The notes beneath the pieces were generated by a model. That model worked only from the letters and a program-made list of their open reading frames with translations, was not told the origin of the DNA and did not search any database. This document shows, piece after piece, positions 1 through 9,524 of a stretch of 43,952 nucleotides of DNA. Source of the stretch: Trichormus sp. ATA11-4-KO1 (GTDB taxonomy: Bacteria > Cyanobacteriota > Cyanobacteriia > Cyanobacteriales > Nostocaceae). Made by a program: the position numbers and the translations under genes. Location: assembly GCA_019358915.1 (NCBI GenBank), contig JAHHIM010000032.1:1-43952 (forward strand). The letters are read 5' to 3'. Position 1 is the first letter of the stretch. The number at the start of each line of letters is the position of its first letter.

Positions 1-123
1 TGTAAATAATAATGAGTCTGTTTGCAATTAATGTGAGCCGAAGTCTTTTTCTGTTTGCAATTAATGTGAGCCAACAATTTTCTTGTTTGCAAGCCGGAGC
101 GTTTATGTTTGCGAGCCGCAACA
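1..123 (-). mobile_element. Putative transposon end (Tn7/Mu/Tn5053-like), terminal TGT at 123 reading leftwards
   Basis: Two identical 23-bp repeats TCTGTTTGCAATTAATGTGAGCC (17-39, 50-72), two shorter variants (84-95, 106-117) and terminal ACA at 121-123. Sits where the SDR stop is expected. Confidence 0.6.
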
Positions 124-868
124 TATACCCACCATCGATCGCTAAAGGTTGTCCTGTAATATAGCTGGCAGCATCAGAGCAGAGAAATACCACCGCTTGA
201 GCAATTTCTGTTGCCTGACCGATCCGACCGATCGGAACCATAGACCCAAGATCATCGAACGTTAAGCCTATCTGGTCAGCGCTACGAGCCATTAGATCAG
301 TCGCAATGGGACCAGGATTAACAGCATTAATCCGAATGCCCTGTTTGGCATAGTCAAGTGCGGCAGTGCGTGTCAGCCCCATCACCGCGTGTTTGCTGGC
401 AACGTAGGGAGAAATTCCCGGCAGTGCAACAAGACCATTGGTGGACGAATTGTTCACGATCGCGCCTGCGCCCTGGGTGAGCATCTGTTGAATTTCATAT
501 TTCATGCACAGAAATACTCCTCGCGCATTGATCGACATGATCTTGTCAAAATCCTCAATCGATTGTTCGTGCAGTGGTTTAACAGCAAGATCAATGCCAG
601 CATTGTTAAAGGCACAATCGAGTCTGCCGTAGGTCGCGATCGCTTTCTGCACCAATTCCCGGACATCCGCCTCACTCGATACATCTGATTTCACGAACAA
701 GCATTCCGCCCCAGTCTCGCGAATCAAATCAGCAGTTTCTTCCGCTTCTACACCGCGTATGTCCGAGAAGACCACTTTGGCTCCAGCAGCACCGAATGCG
801 ATCGCGGTTGCTCTGCCAATTCCCGATGAGCCTCCTGTCACTAACGCCACTTTATCTTGCAGTATCAT
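124..868 (-). CDS. Short-chain dehydrogenase/reductase (glucose 1-dehydrogenase-like); last codons replaced by the transposon end
   Basis: Manual translation from ATG 868: MILQDKVALVTGGSSGIG...NNAG...YVASK...TGQPLAIDGGY, then reads into the repeats with no stop in the window, so it is absent from the ORF track. Confidence 0.92.
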
Positions 869-965
869 TCTGTTTCTCCTATTTCAATCAAAATTGACCT
901 TCAGCAACGAACTGACGATATCACCGAAGACCCTTCTGATGGCCCTGAAAAACGGGTTCGGATGC

Positions 966-1040
966 CTAGTCGCGTTTGAACACCTTGTAGGCGATCGCCA
1001 CGTTTGCCTCTTCTAAGATGGCTTTATTTTTGTCTGACAT
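966..1040 (-). pseudogene. 5' stub resembling the N-terminus of a SnoaL/NTF2-like protein
   Basis: GAGGAG RBS then MSDKNKAILEEANVAIA; the resemblance stops at the HIP1 site 991-998 and a stop follows shortly. Confidence 0.45.
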
Positions 1041-1089
1041 TTGAATTTCTCCTCTATTCAAGTTGTCTTTGTTTTAGCCAACTTGGAGT

Positions 1090-2046
1090 TTAGTCAGTTC
1101 CAACACTCAACTTTGAGTAATGCTCTAGCGCAACTCGATCCCAATGTCCTAAATTGGCTGCTGCTTCATAGGTGCTTTGGAAAAAGGCGAGGAGCATTGC
1201 ATCTGGATCATCAGCTTGTCTCACGGCTTCATAGGGTAGGATAAACTCTTGCATTTCTGAGCTGTAAAAAGCTTCTCTGGGTTGGATTGGGTAATCTCGA
1301 AACCCTTCCGGCGCAGGGTAAGCGTAAGCGTAAAAAACAGGCTCCACAACTGACCCACCCCCTGGCCAAAAGCCACAACTACTAACTTCGTGTGAATAGG
1401 CTTCGCGCGTGACCCAATCTGCCATATTCGGAACCCCACCGGGATGTTCTGGCGCACGACGACCGGAGAAACGAGTTACAGCGAGGTCGAAGCTGCCCCA
1501 AAAAAAATGTGCAGGACTTGATTTACCAATAAACTGGGAACGGAATAAGGTCATGACCCGATCGACTTGCACAAGAATTCGCCAGAAACGTTGTGCATAT
1601 TCCGGATCATAAGCTGCGTGTTGATAGTCTTGATCGAACGGGATTGGTTCTGACACTTCTTGCGGCATTGTCCAGATTTGGACTTCGATGCCGATGTCGC
1701 TCAATGTAGTTAGCACCATTTGGTAAAAATCTGCCACAGAGCGAGGAGCTAGTGCAATTCTTTTAGTAATACCGTCGCTAGTGTCGATTTGTAGTTGATG
1801 GTCGAGAAAATCAAAGCTAATTTGAAAGTTACGAGTTCCGCAAGGGATTGAAGCGGTTGTTAGTCCACGCGGTGTGACATAAAGAGTAGATTGCCACCAG
1901 TGATTGAGTTTAGGTGCCAGTGCCAACCGGATTTTACCGATGATTTGCGTCCATAGATGGAGAGTTGCATAGGTATCCTGCCAATCTGCTAAGGGCAAAC
2001 TGGGCCAAACGCTGTCAATGGGAGTACTTTGATTAGAAACAGCCAT
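1090..2046 (-). CDS. DUF5996 family protein
   Basis: WPSLPLADWQDTYATLHLWTQIIGK, HFFWGSFDLAVTRFSGR, EAYSHEVSSCGFWPG motifs; start taken at MAVSNQ. Confidence 0.85.
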   Translation of the reverse strand: MAVSNQSTPIDSVWPSLPLADWQDTYATLHLWTQIIGKIRLALAPKLNHWWQSTLYVTPRGLTTASIPCGTRNFQISFDFLDHQLQIDTSDGITKRIALAPRSVADFYQMVLTTLSDIGIEVQIWTMPQEVSEPIPFDQDYQHAAYDPEYAQRFWRILVQVDRVMTLFRSQFIGKSSPAHFFWGSFDLAVTRFSGRRAPEHPGGVPNMADWVTREAYSHEVSSCGFWPGGGSVVEPVFYAYAYPAPEGFRDYPIQPREAFYSSEMQEFILPYEAVRQADDPDAMLLAFFQSTYEAAANLGHWDRVALEHYSKLSVGTD

Positions 2047-2116
2047 GAAAATCACCCACATGAGGAGAACATGTTGAAGAAATGAGAAGGAAATCTAGAT
2101 GAAATCAGAATCGCTA

Positions 2117-2392
2117 TCAATAGTCTTTTCCCTGTTCATCTGCAAAACACCATAACCACTGCTCCCCCAATTCAGCCGAACTAACCACTGCATGATTGGT
2201 TGCTTCATAATGACGACGAGCATGTTGATGCTTAGAAGAATCGCAGCACAGCATTTTGCCACAGGTTTGGCAAATCCGGAGGTGTACCCAGCGGCTATTT
2301 ATTTTAATGCACTCTTCACAACGAAATATGGGATAGGCTGCTTTAGAAATCAGGTTTTCCACAGTTAGATTGTTGAGATGTTCGCAGGTCAT
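2117..2392 (-). CDS. UBP-type zinc finger protein
   Basis: MTCEHL...CEEC...WVHLRICQTCG...CCDSS...HARRH...WLWC. Confidence 0.9.
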   Translation of the reverse strand: MTCEHLNNLTVENLISKAAYPIFRCEECIKINSRWVHLRICQTCGKMLCCDSSKHQHARRHYEATNHAVVSSAELGEQWLWCFADEQGKDY

Positions 2393-2581
2393 AGTTTTTT
2401 GGTATCCCTGGTAGAAGATAACGGTGAACAGAATGATTGAGGCTGATGTGAAATCTGAAATTAGGGGCGCGTTCTTCTCCTGGGCGTAGTCGCCGAATCA
2501 CCCCGTTGCCGCTTGTGCAAAATTCACAGAACAATTGCAGTAACGCGAATTTGAATCCCCTAACAGTGAGATTTGCATGAA

Positions 2582-2950
2582 TCAGACTGGTGCATAAATC
2601 GTTTCGTCTTCTTTGCGCCAAGCTGGATCAACTAGACAAACGAAAACAATAGGTTCGTCGCCGTAGTTGTGAAGGAACTGGATTGCATTTGGAGGAATGT
2701 AAACCGCATCGCCTGGTTCAATGCGACGAACTTCACTGTCAATCGACATTTCGCCAACACCGCTAATGATGTAATAAACCTCAGAAGTTTTTAGGGAATG
2801 GGGAATCGAAGTTTTGCCAACAGGCAAGATCGCATACGCCAAACTGTAACGCAAGTTGATGTCTTGTTTGTCAGGATGAAGCAGTTCGCGCAGAACAGTT
2901 CCATCTCCAGCGATAATTTCTTCACAGTTGTTTAGTTTTTGGATCAGCAT
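2582..2950 (-). CDS. Cupin domain protein
   Basis: MLIQKL...GDGTVLRELLHPD; PHSLKTSEVYYIISGVG and GDAVYIPPNA cupin motifs. Confidence 0.88.
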   Translation of the reverse strand: MLIQKLNNCEEIIAGDGTVLRELLHPDKQDINLRYSLAYAILPVGKTSIPHSLKTSEVYYIISGVGEMSIDSEVRRIEPGDAVYIPPNAIQFLHNYGDEPIVFVCLVDPAWRKEDETIYAPV

Positions 2951-3029
2951 AAGTTTAGGCTTCCAATTACACAATCGGAGCAAGTTCAGAATCTGTGAAT
3001 TTTGGACGAGAAATTTGCCTGTTCCACGG

Positions 3030-3270
3030 CACCGTTGAATCACGTACTGATGGGGCGAAATCCCCATCGTTCGCTTAAACAAACTTGCAAGATAAGTCGG
3101 GCTGATGTTAACTGCACTTGCCAGTTCGGCCAAGGATAAATCATGATTCAGATGAGCATGAATGTAATCAATCGCCTGCTGCAATTGGCTGTAAGTTAAG
3201 CTTCTATTCTCAGGCATGATAATTTGTACGACCTTAGAATAGTGGCACAACAGATGAATCACTAACGCTT
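3030..3270 (-). pseudogene. Truncated AraC-family HTH regulator, in frame with the cupin
   Basis: LQQAIDYIHAHLNHDLSLAELA...LFKRTMGISPHQYVIQR; second HTH missing. Confidence 0.75.
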
Positions 3271-3350
3271 GAGGCGGAGACAGCATTTTATCTTTTTCAA
3301 AATGCTGTCTCCTATCTTACTTGTTGCTTCCGTAGAGGAAACCTCAAGTA

Positions 3351-4016
3351 TTAATGTCCACCAGAGGTCACTGGAGGGGTTGTTGCAAGGAGTTGAAGTT
3401 CCCATGCAAGGGCAACCGCACTAGCACCGCCATGCTCAAGAATAATATCTGATACACCCGCAGATGTTTCTGTGCGCGCCCAGTCACGTTGCCATTCAGC
3501 AAGTACAGCCATCCAGTTGATTGGAACTGCACCAGCCTGAACCATCCGGCGAACCGCCATGTCATGAGCTTCCGCAGTAACACCGCCCGAAGCATCGGTA
3601 ACGATGAATACTTCATAACCCTCACCCAGCGCCTGGATTGCTGGCATTGCGAGACAGATCTCGGTGTAAAGCGCAGCAAGTATAAGTTGTTTGCGGCCAC
3701 TTTTCTTCACTACATCTGTAACGTTTGGATCTTCCCAAGTATTGATGAAAGTGCGGTTGATCGGTTTTTGATCGGGAAAAACATCCTGTAGTCCCTTGAT
3801 GATGTAACCCCCTCTCTCTTCAATGACTGTGGTCAGGATTGTGGGTACGTTGAACAACTTTGCCGATTTAGCAAGACCAATCACATTGTTAATGATCATC
3901 GTAGGTTCATGGCTGTTCAGGTTGGTGAACTGGTAAGGCTGGTGGTCAATCAGTACCAGGATGCTATCTTCTGGACGAAGCAGTCCTTCCAGTCCGATTT
4001 TTGAATTTTTAGACAT
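3351..4016 (-). CDS. Isochorismatase-family cysteine hydrolase (YcaC-like), copy 1
   Basis: LVLIDHQP, RTFINTWED, LYTEICL motifs. Confidence 0.9.
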   Translation of the reverse strand: MSKNSKIGLEGLLRPEDSILVLIDHQPYQFTNLNSHEPTMIINNVIGLAKSAKLFNVPTILTTVIEERGGYIIKGLQDVFPDQKPINRTFINTWEDPNVTDVVKKSGRKQLILAALYTEICLAMPAIQALGEGYEVFIVTDASGGVTAEAHDMAVRRMVQAGAVPINWMAVLAEWQRDWARTETSAGVSDIILEHGGASAVALAWELQLLATTPPVTSGGH

Positions 4017-4066
4017 CGCTATAAGTCTCCATTCAATGTTTACTTTTCAGACACGCCCTAGCGTGT

Positions 4067-4106
4067 GAGTCTGACTCAACGGGGTGAATCACACAGTTTT
4101 TTCACA
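4067..4106 (-). repeat. ~40-bp intergenic repeat, copy 1
   Basis: GAGTCTGACTCAACGGGGTGAATCACACAGTTTTTTCACA; matches 5535-5574. Confidence 0.8.
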
Positions 4107-4195
4107 TTCTTCGCGCCACAGACTGGACATAACCAATCTTCCGGCAGATCCTCAAAAGCTGTTCCCGAAGCAATTCCAGACTGTGGTTAAGCGGG

Positions 4196-4609
4196 TTAAA
4201 TACTGTCAGAGGGCAGCAACATCATGACATCTGCATGAGCTAACACGGCATCGGGGTGGCGTTGAAGCGCCGTGTTATACTTCATGGCAAACTCATTGCC
4301 CGATTCATCGAGACTGAGCAGTGTCCGAATGTCACTGTCAATCGCTTCAATTGCCTCTGGTGTAACAGATTCATCGGCATAAAACAACTCATCGATTTGG
4401 ATAATCAATTCTGAGAGTCGATGCAACCAGGCAAACTGCTCATGACCGATCGCCAGTTGTAGCAATTCACCTCCAGAAACGTGCCCTCGAACTTGCTCAT
4501 AGGTAAGACGCTCAGTCTCTAGTAAAAGCTTGTGCAGATGTAGTAGTTTGATTCGTAACTGACTCAAGCGTTGATGTTGACTCATTTGATATTGAGATGG
4601 GTTAAGCAT
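4196..4609 (-). CDS. Hypothetical helical protein coupled to the pirin gene
   Basis: 137-aa ORF overlapping the pirin stop by 8 nt on the same strand. Confidence 0.75.
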   Translation of the reverse strand: MLNPSQYQMSQHQRLSQLRIKLLHLHKLLLETERLTYEQVRGHVSGGELLQLAIGHEQFAWLHRLSELIIQIDELFYADESVTPEAIEAIDSDIRTLLSLDESGNEFAMKYNTALQRHPDAVLAHADVMMLLPSDSI

Positions 4610-5495
4610 GAATCCGTCCCATCCTTCCTGCCTGGTAGTCGTCGATCGCCTGGGTAATTTCAGCTTCAGTGTTCATGACAAATGGCCCGTAGCGCACGAC
4701 TGGTTCGTTAAGGGGTACACCTGCAATCAGCAGAAGATCTAGAGGACGCTGAGCATCAGCAGGGTTGGCGATCGCCACATCTTCTCCATCTTGAGAAAAG
4801 AGTACCATCTGCCCATCATCACCAGGCGCTGGCTCTGTCCCGAACAACCCAGACCCCTCCAGGATATAGACAAAGGCGTTGTACTCTTTGGGTACAGGCT
4901 GGATTATCGTTGCCCCTGGTTGCAATGTGAAGTGGAGGTAAGTTATCGGCGTGCGCGTCTGAATTACGGCTTTTGCCCCTAACGCTTCTCCAGCAATCAC
5001 CCGCACCGTCACAGACTTATCTTCGGTTTGAGCGACCGGAATGTCAGCCACTGGAATTTCCTGATAGCGGGGCGGCATCATTTTGTCTCGTTGTGGCAGA
5101 TTGACCCAGAGTTGAATGCTGTGGAGCCGTCCGCCCGTTTGGGTAAACCTTGACTCCGGCATTTCGGAATGCACGACCCCGGCACCTGCTGTCATCCACT
5201 GGACATCACCCGGATTTAGTAGTCCGGCGTGCCCCGCAGAATCTTTGTGTTCTAACCGTCCAGCCAAGACATAGCTGACGGTTTCAAAGCCTCGGTGCGG
5301 ATGATCGGGGGCACCTTTTGCCTGACCCGGCTTTACATGAATCGGCCCCAACTCGTCGAGGAGGAGAAACGGGTCAAATTCAGAGAAGCTACTTTTGGGA
5401 AAGGGCCGACGGACAAGAAATCCAGCCCCTTCGACTGTTTCAACGCTGTTGATTACTCCGGCAACGGTTCGAGATGTTTGAGTGGGGTCAGTCAT
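4602..5495 (-). CDS. Pirin family protein
   Basis: DPFLLLD, HPHRGFETVSY, WMTAGAGVVHSEMP, QLWVNLP, YGPFVMNT motifs. Confidence 0.95.
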   Translation of the reverse strand: MTDPTQTSRTVAGVINSVETVEGAGFLVRRPFPKSSFSEFDPFLLLDELGPIHVKPGQAKGAPDHPHRGFETVSYVLAGRLEHKDSAGHAGLLNPGDVQWMTAGAGVVHSEMPESRFTQTGGRLHSIQLWVNLPQRDKMMPPRYQEIPVADIPVAQTEDKSVTVRVIAGEALGAKAVIQTRTPITYLHFTLQPGATIIQPVPKEYNAFVYILEGSGLFGTEPAPGDDGQMVLFSQDGEDVAIANPADAQRPLDLLLIAGVPLNEPVVRYGPFVMNTEAEITQAIDDYQAGRMGRIHA

Positions 5496-5534
5496 AGAAT
5501 TGCCTCCTCAGAACTAGATAAATCTGTGTCATTT

Positions 5535-5574
5535 GAGCCTGACTCAACGGGGTGAATCACAGCGTTTTTTCACA
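5535..5574 (-). repeat. ~40-bp intergenic repeat, copy 2
   Basis: GAGCCTGACTCAACGGGGTGAATCACAGCGTTTTTTCACA upstream of the pirin gene. Confidence 0.8.
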
Positions 5575-5669
5575 GGACAGAAATCCGGCAGGTCACTAAC
5601 CAATAAAGGTTAGATCGAGATCTTTATAGGGTATGTTGAAAAATTTTGTGCCTTAGAAAACTATCCCTG

Positions 5670-6428
5670 CTAGCGTTTATGCTCAGGATTTTTGAAGTCT
5701 GTCTTACAACCTGCATCCCAAACGTCAGGTTGGTTCCCGTGAGGAGGAATTCCTCCATTATCTTTGAGTAGTCTGGCGATATGCATACAGTTCCAAGCTA
5801 AAAAGGTGGTATTGCGATTGGTAAATTCGTTCTCCGGCCCTCCAGACCCTGGATCTAAATAGGAAGGCCCAGGGCCTACTTCGCCTAGCCAGCCTGCATC
5901 CGCTTGGGGAGGGATCGTATAGCCAATGTGCGATAGGGAAAACAAAATATTCATCGCACAATGTTTCACACCATCTTCATTCCCGGTAATGAGGGTTGCC
6001 CCAACCTTCCCATAATCTCTGTACTGACCTTTCTCATTCAAAAGATGAGTATATCCATACATTCGCTCTAAAACTCGACTACAAACAGAACTTTTTTCAC
6101 CCAGCCATACTGAAGTACACAGCACTAAGATGTCAGTTGCATCAATTTCTTTCTGGATTTGGGGCCATTCATCTGTCTGCCACTCATCGGTTTGTGACAT
6201 ATCTAACCCTAGCCCCGCCGCTATCTCATAATCTACCGGTCGAATGACTTGAGTGGTTACCTCATTAGCCTCGAAAATAGCTTTGGCAATATTGATAACT
6301 CCCTGTGTGTGGGATAACACTGGCGTTTTATTGAGTGTGCAATTTAAAAAAAGAGCTTTTAAATCACTATATTGTGCAGGGGCATTTTGGCACTGACGAT
6401 CCGTGATTGTTTTGAGCTGTTGTGACAT
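5670..6428 (-). CDS. Flavodoxin family / NADPH-dependent FMN reductase-like protein
   Basis: LKALFLNCTL...SHT, DILVLCTSVWLG, TGNEDG motifs; start at MSQQLK. Confidence 0.85.
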   Translation of the reverse strand: MSQQLKTITDRQCQNAPAQYSDLKALFLNCTLNKTPVLSHTQGVINIAKAIFEANEVTTQVIRPVDYEIAAGLGLDMSQTDEWQTDEWPQIQKEIDATDILVLCTSVWLGEKSSVCSRVLERMYGYTHLLNEKGQYRDYGKVGATLITGNEDGVKHCAMNILFSLSHIGYTIPPQADAGWLGEVGPGPSYLDPGSGGPENEFTNRNTTFLAWNCMHIARLLKDNGGIPPHGNQPDVWDAGCKTDFKNPEHKR

Positions 6429-6501
6429 GGCTTCGACTCCTGTACAAAACAACATTTGCCCTATCGCGGGCGAGACGTTCAGACATGCGCCGAGTTACTG
6501 A

Positions 6502-7338
6502 TTATTTCTGCTCAAGAAAGTCCAGCAACAAGGGATTGATCTGATCGGCGTGAGTCCAGTTGATGGCGTGCGGCCCGCCGGGAATGACAACCAGTTGACT
6601 GTTTTTAATCAGCTGCGGGAGTCTGGCGGCGGTGGACTCAAGCGGCAAAATGCGATCGCTATCTCCATGAACGATCAGAGTCGGCACATCAATGCGGGGC
6701 AGATCATCGCGGAAATCGGTGAGCCAGGAGGGTACACAGTCCAAAGTCCCTTTAGCAGAAGCCCCTGCTGCTACGTTCCAACTGGCTTGAATCGCTTCAT
6801 TGCTGATCCGCTTGCCAAGCAATACATCAACATTGAAGAACTCTTTGAAAAAGGCAGAGAAATAAGCTGGACGATCGTCAACGATCGCTTTCATAATGCC
6901 ATCGAAAACGCTTTGATCAACACCCTCTGGATTGTCGTCTGTCTTTAACAAAAACGGTGGAACGGGAGCCATCAGCACGGCTTTCTGCACCCGCTCTGAG
7001 CCGTATTTGCCAAGATAACGTGTGACTTCACCTGTTCCCATTGAAAAACCGACCAGCACGGTATTTTGCAAGTCAAGCTTGGTCATGAGTGTATTCAAAT
7101 CGGCGGCGAAGGTATCGTAGTCATAGCCAGATGAGGGCTGACTGGAGTTGCCAAATCCTCGGCGATCGTAGGTAATTACTTGATATCCTGCATTCAGTAA
7201 AACTAAAACCTGCTTCTCCCAGGAATGTCCGTTCAATGGAAATCCATGAATTAGAACAATCGGTTGTCCTGTCCCAATATCTTCGTAGTAGAGATCGATG
7301 GTTGCAGAGTTTTCTTGACCAACGGTAATGTAAGGCAT
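6502..7338 (-). CDS. Alpha/beta hydrolase, non-heme haloperoxidase/perhydrolase type
   Basis: MPYITVGQENS, HGFP, YDRRGFG, GFSMG nucleophile, HGDSD, GGPH. Confidence 0.92.
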   Translation of the reverse strand: MPYITVGQENSATIDLYYEDIGTGQPIVLIHGFPLNGHSWEKQVLVLLNAGYQVITYDRRGFGNSSQPSSGYDYDTFAADLNTLMTKLDLQNTVLVGFSMGTGEVTRYLGKYGSERVQKAVLMAPVPPFLLKTDDNPEGVDQSVFDGIMKAIVDDRPAYFSAFFKEFFNVDVLLGKRISNEAIQASWNVAAGASAKGTLDCVPSWLTDFRDDLPRIDVPTLIVHGDSDRILPLESTAARLPQLIKNSQLVVIPGGPHAINWTHADQINPLLLDFLEQK

Positions 7339-7443
7339 GAGAGGTTTCTCCGTTGTAAATTGATGATGTGTTTTTGTCTGTTGCATCACAATTGTTATGC
7401 AGAGATCGAACACCGTCTTAACAATGCTGCGTTAAGCAGGCTT

Positions 7444-7500
7444 CTTTATCTTGCAGTATCATCCTGTTTCTTCTGTCCCAATCAATATTGACCTTCAGCA
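7444..7500 (-). pseudogene. 5' stub of an SDR gene (leader plus MILQDK)
   Basis: Close copy of ~850-906, including the leader and first six codons of the SDR at 868. Confidence 0.65.
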
Positions 7501-7550
7501 CACAATCAAACTCCGATCCGTTTAGCAATTACCAACGCTGTAAAGCTGGT

Positions 7551-8528
7551 TTAATTTTCTGTAAACTTCAGCACAATTTTGCCCCGTGTTCCTCCCTGCT
7601 CTAGACGCTGATGTGCCAGAACGACCTGATCCCAAGAAAATACTGAATCAATCACTGGGCGAAGCTGATGACGCTCGATGAGTTTTGTCAAAGCCTCTAA
7701 TTTTGCTCGGTACTGGGGTGAAAAAACAAAATGAATCGTCAGATTCTTACCCCATGCTTCAAGAAGCGATTGCGGTATTGCAATGTCTACAATACTTGTA
7801 AGCCTACCAAAGGGACGAATGATTTCTAGACTACGCTGAATTGTTTCTTTGCCGATTGTATCTAGAACTAAATCCACACCCAGTCCATTTGTTTCTTGAC
7901 GAATGACTTCTACGTAATCTTCATTTTTGTAATCAATCACCCGATCTGCACCCAGTTCTGTCACGAAATCTCGGTTTCTAGAACTACACGTCGCAAAAAC
8001 GTATGCCCCTATCGCTTTGGCGAGTTGAACTGCGATCGAACCCACTCCACCCGCACCCGCATGGATGAGAACTGTTTCACCAACTTGTAGATTGCCCCTA
8101 GTCACTAGACAATCCCAAGCTGTTCCGCCTGCAAGCGGAAAAGAAGCTGCTTCAATGTGCGATAGATTTGCAGGCTTCAATGCAACAATCGCTGCATCAG
8201 CCACATGATACTGAGCGTAGCTACCGAATTCTCCAAATATCTGCGGCGAGTAATATACGTTGTCTCCTACCTTGAAATCAGTCACAGCTTCGCCAATTTC
8301 CTCAATCACCCCTGAAACATCGACTCCAAGAATGGCGGGCAATTGAACCAGTTCCTTGTAATCACCACGACGAGTTTGGTAATCGACCGGGTTAATTGAG
8401 GTTGCACAAACTCTGACCAACACCTGATCCGCCTTCAGTGTTGGCATGGGAACCGTTTGAATCTCAAACTTCTCAGCATCACCAAACGCAGTTAATACGG
8501 CTGCTTTCATAAATTCCATCTGTGCCAA
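7551..8528 (-). CDS. MDR-family NADPH:quinone oxidoreductase / Zn-ADH-like protein
   Basis: SINPVD, ILGVDVSGV, VLIHAGAGGVGS, RGKIVL motifs. Confidence 0.92.
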   Translation of the reverse strand: MAQMEFMKAAVLTAFGDAEKFEIQTVPMPTLKADQVLVRVCATSINPVDYQTRRGDYKELVQLPAILGVDVSGVIEEIGEAVTDFKVGDNVYYSPQIFGEFGSYAQYHVADAAIVALKPANLSHIEAASFPLAGGTAWDCLVTRGNLQVGETVLIHAGAGGVGSIAVQLAKAIGAYVFATCSSRNRDFVTELGADRVIDYKNEDYVEVIRQETNGLGVDLVLDTIGKETIQRSLEIIRPFGRLTSIVDIAIPQSLLEAWGKNLTIHFVFSPQYRAKLEALTKLIERHQLRPVIDSVFSWDQVVLAHQRLEQGGTRGKIVLKFTEN

Positions 8529-8562
8529 CCCTCCTTGATTTAGAACGAGGAAACCTCAAGTA

Positions 8563-9228
8563 TTAATGTCCACCAGAGGTCACTGGAGGGGTTGTTGCCA
8601 GGAGTTGAAGTTCCCATGCAAGGGCAACCGCACTAGCACCGCCATGCTCAAGAATAATATCTGATACACCCGCAGATGTTTCTGTGCGCGCCCAGTCACG
8701 TTGCCATTCAGCAAGTACAGCCATCCAGTTGATTGGAACTGCACCAGCCTGAACCATCCGGCGAACCGCCATGTCATGAGCTTCCGCAGTAACACCCCCC
8801 GAAGCATCGGTAACTATGAATACTTCATAACCCTCACTCAGCGCCTGGATTGCTGGCATTGCGAGACAGATCTCGGTGTAAAGCGCAGCAAGTATAAGTT
8901 GCTTGCGGCCACTTTTTTTCACTACATCTGTAACGTTTGGATCTTCCCAAGTATTGATGAAAGTGCGGTTGATCGGTTTTTGATCGGGAAAAACATCCTG
9001 TAATCCCTTAATGATGTAACCCCCTCTCTCTTCAATGACTGTGGTCAGGATTGTGGGTACGTTGAACACTTTTGCCGATTTAGCAAGACCAATAACATTG
9101 TTAATGATCATCGTGGGTTCATGGCTGTTCAAGTTGGTGAACTGATAAGGCTGGTGGTCAATCAGTACCAGGATGCTATCTTCTGGACGAAGCAGTCCTT
9201 CTAAGCCAATTTTTGAATTTTCAGACAT
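8563..9228 (-). CDS. Isochorismatase-family cysteine hydrolase (YcaC-like), copy 2
   Basis: 666-bp near-identical copy of 3351-4016; start at MSENSK. Confidence 0.9.
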   Translation of the reverse strand: MSENSKIGLEGLLRPEDSILVLIDHQPYQFTNLNSHEPTMIINNVIGLAKSAKVFNVPTILTTVIEERGGYIIKGLQDVFPDQKPINRTFINTWEDPNVTDVVKKSGRKQLILAALYTEICLAMPAIQALSEGYEVFIVTDASGGVTAEAHDMAVRRMVQAGAVPINWMAVLAEWQRDWARTETSAGVSDIILEHGGASAVALAWELQLLATTPPVTSGGH

Positions 9229-9244
9229 AACTATAGGTTTCCTT

Positions 9245-9300
9245 ATAGAGATCAATGGTTGCAGAACTTTCTTAACGGATGGTAGCCTAAGGCAATGAGA
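9245..9300 (-). pseudogene. Decayed 5' stub of the haloperoxidase-type hydrolase
   Basis: TAGAGATCAATGGTTGCAGAACTTTCTT...TAAGGCAATGAGA resembles 7289-7342. Confidence 0.6.
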
Positions 9301-9361
9301 TTTCTTGTGAATGCCGCCTCAGATTCTTGCCCAACTTATTCAATGTAATGAGTTCCAAGGC

Positions 9362-9412
9362 TCAATTTCTTTCAGATTCTACCCAAGCAAAACTGTCAAT
9401 TCCAACTTCCAT
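9362..9412 (-). pseudogene. 5' stub resembling an LLM-class flavin monooxygenase N-terminus
   Basis: MEVGIDSFA followed by an early stop; only about 9 residues of resemblance. Confidence 0.4.
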
Positions 9413-9524
9413 GTCATTTCCCAAGCGTTTTGCGAATGAAATAGACTTGATCCAAAACAGTAGAAAGCCTTGCTGTAAGAGTTAAGCGGCTGTTCTCTCG
9501 CTCAGCAAAAACGCCTAACCATCG

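Noticed and set aside
17..117. CRISPR array
   Set aside because: Only two exact 23-bp repeats 10 bp apart, no spacer-length gaps and no cas genes; fits transposase binding sites better.
2582..3286. Genuine 234-aa AraC-cupin fusion regulator
   Set aside because: The AraC part lacks its second HTH, the linker looks non-coding, and the cupin has its own Met at 2950.
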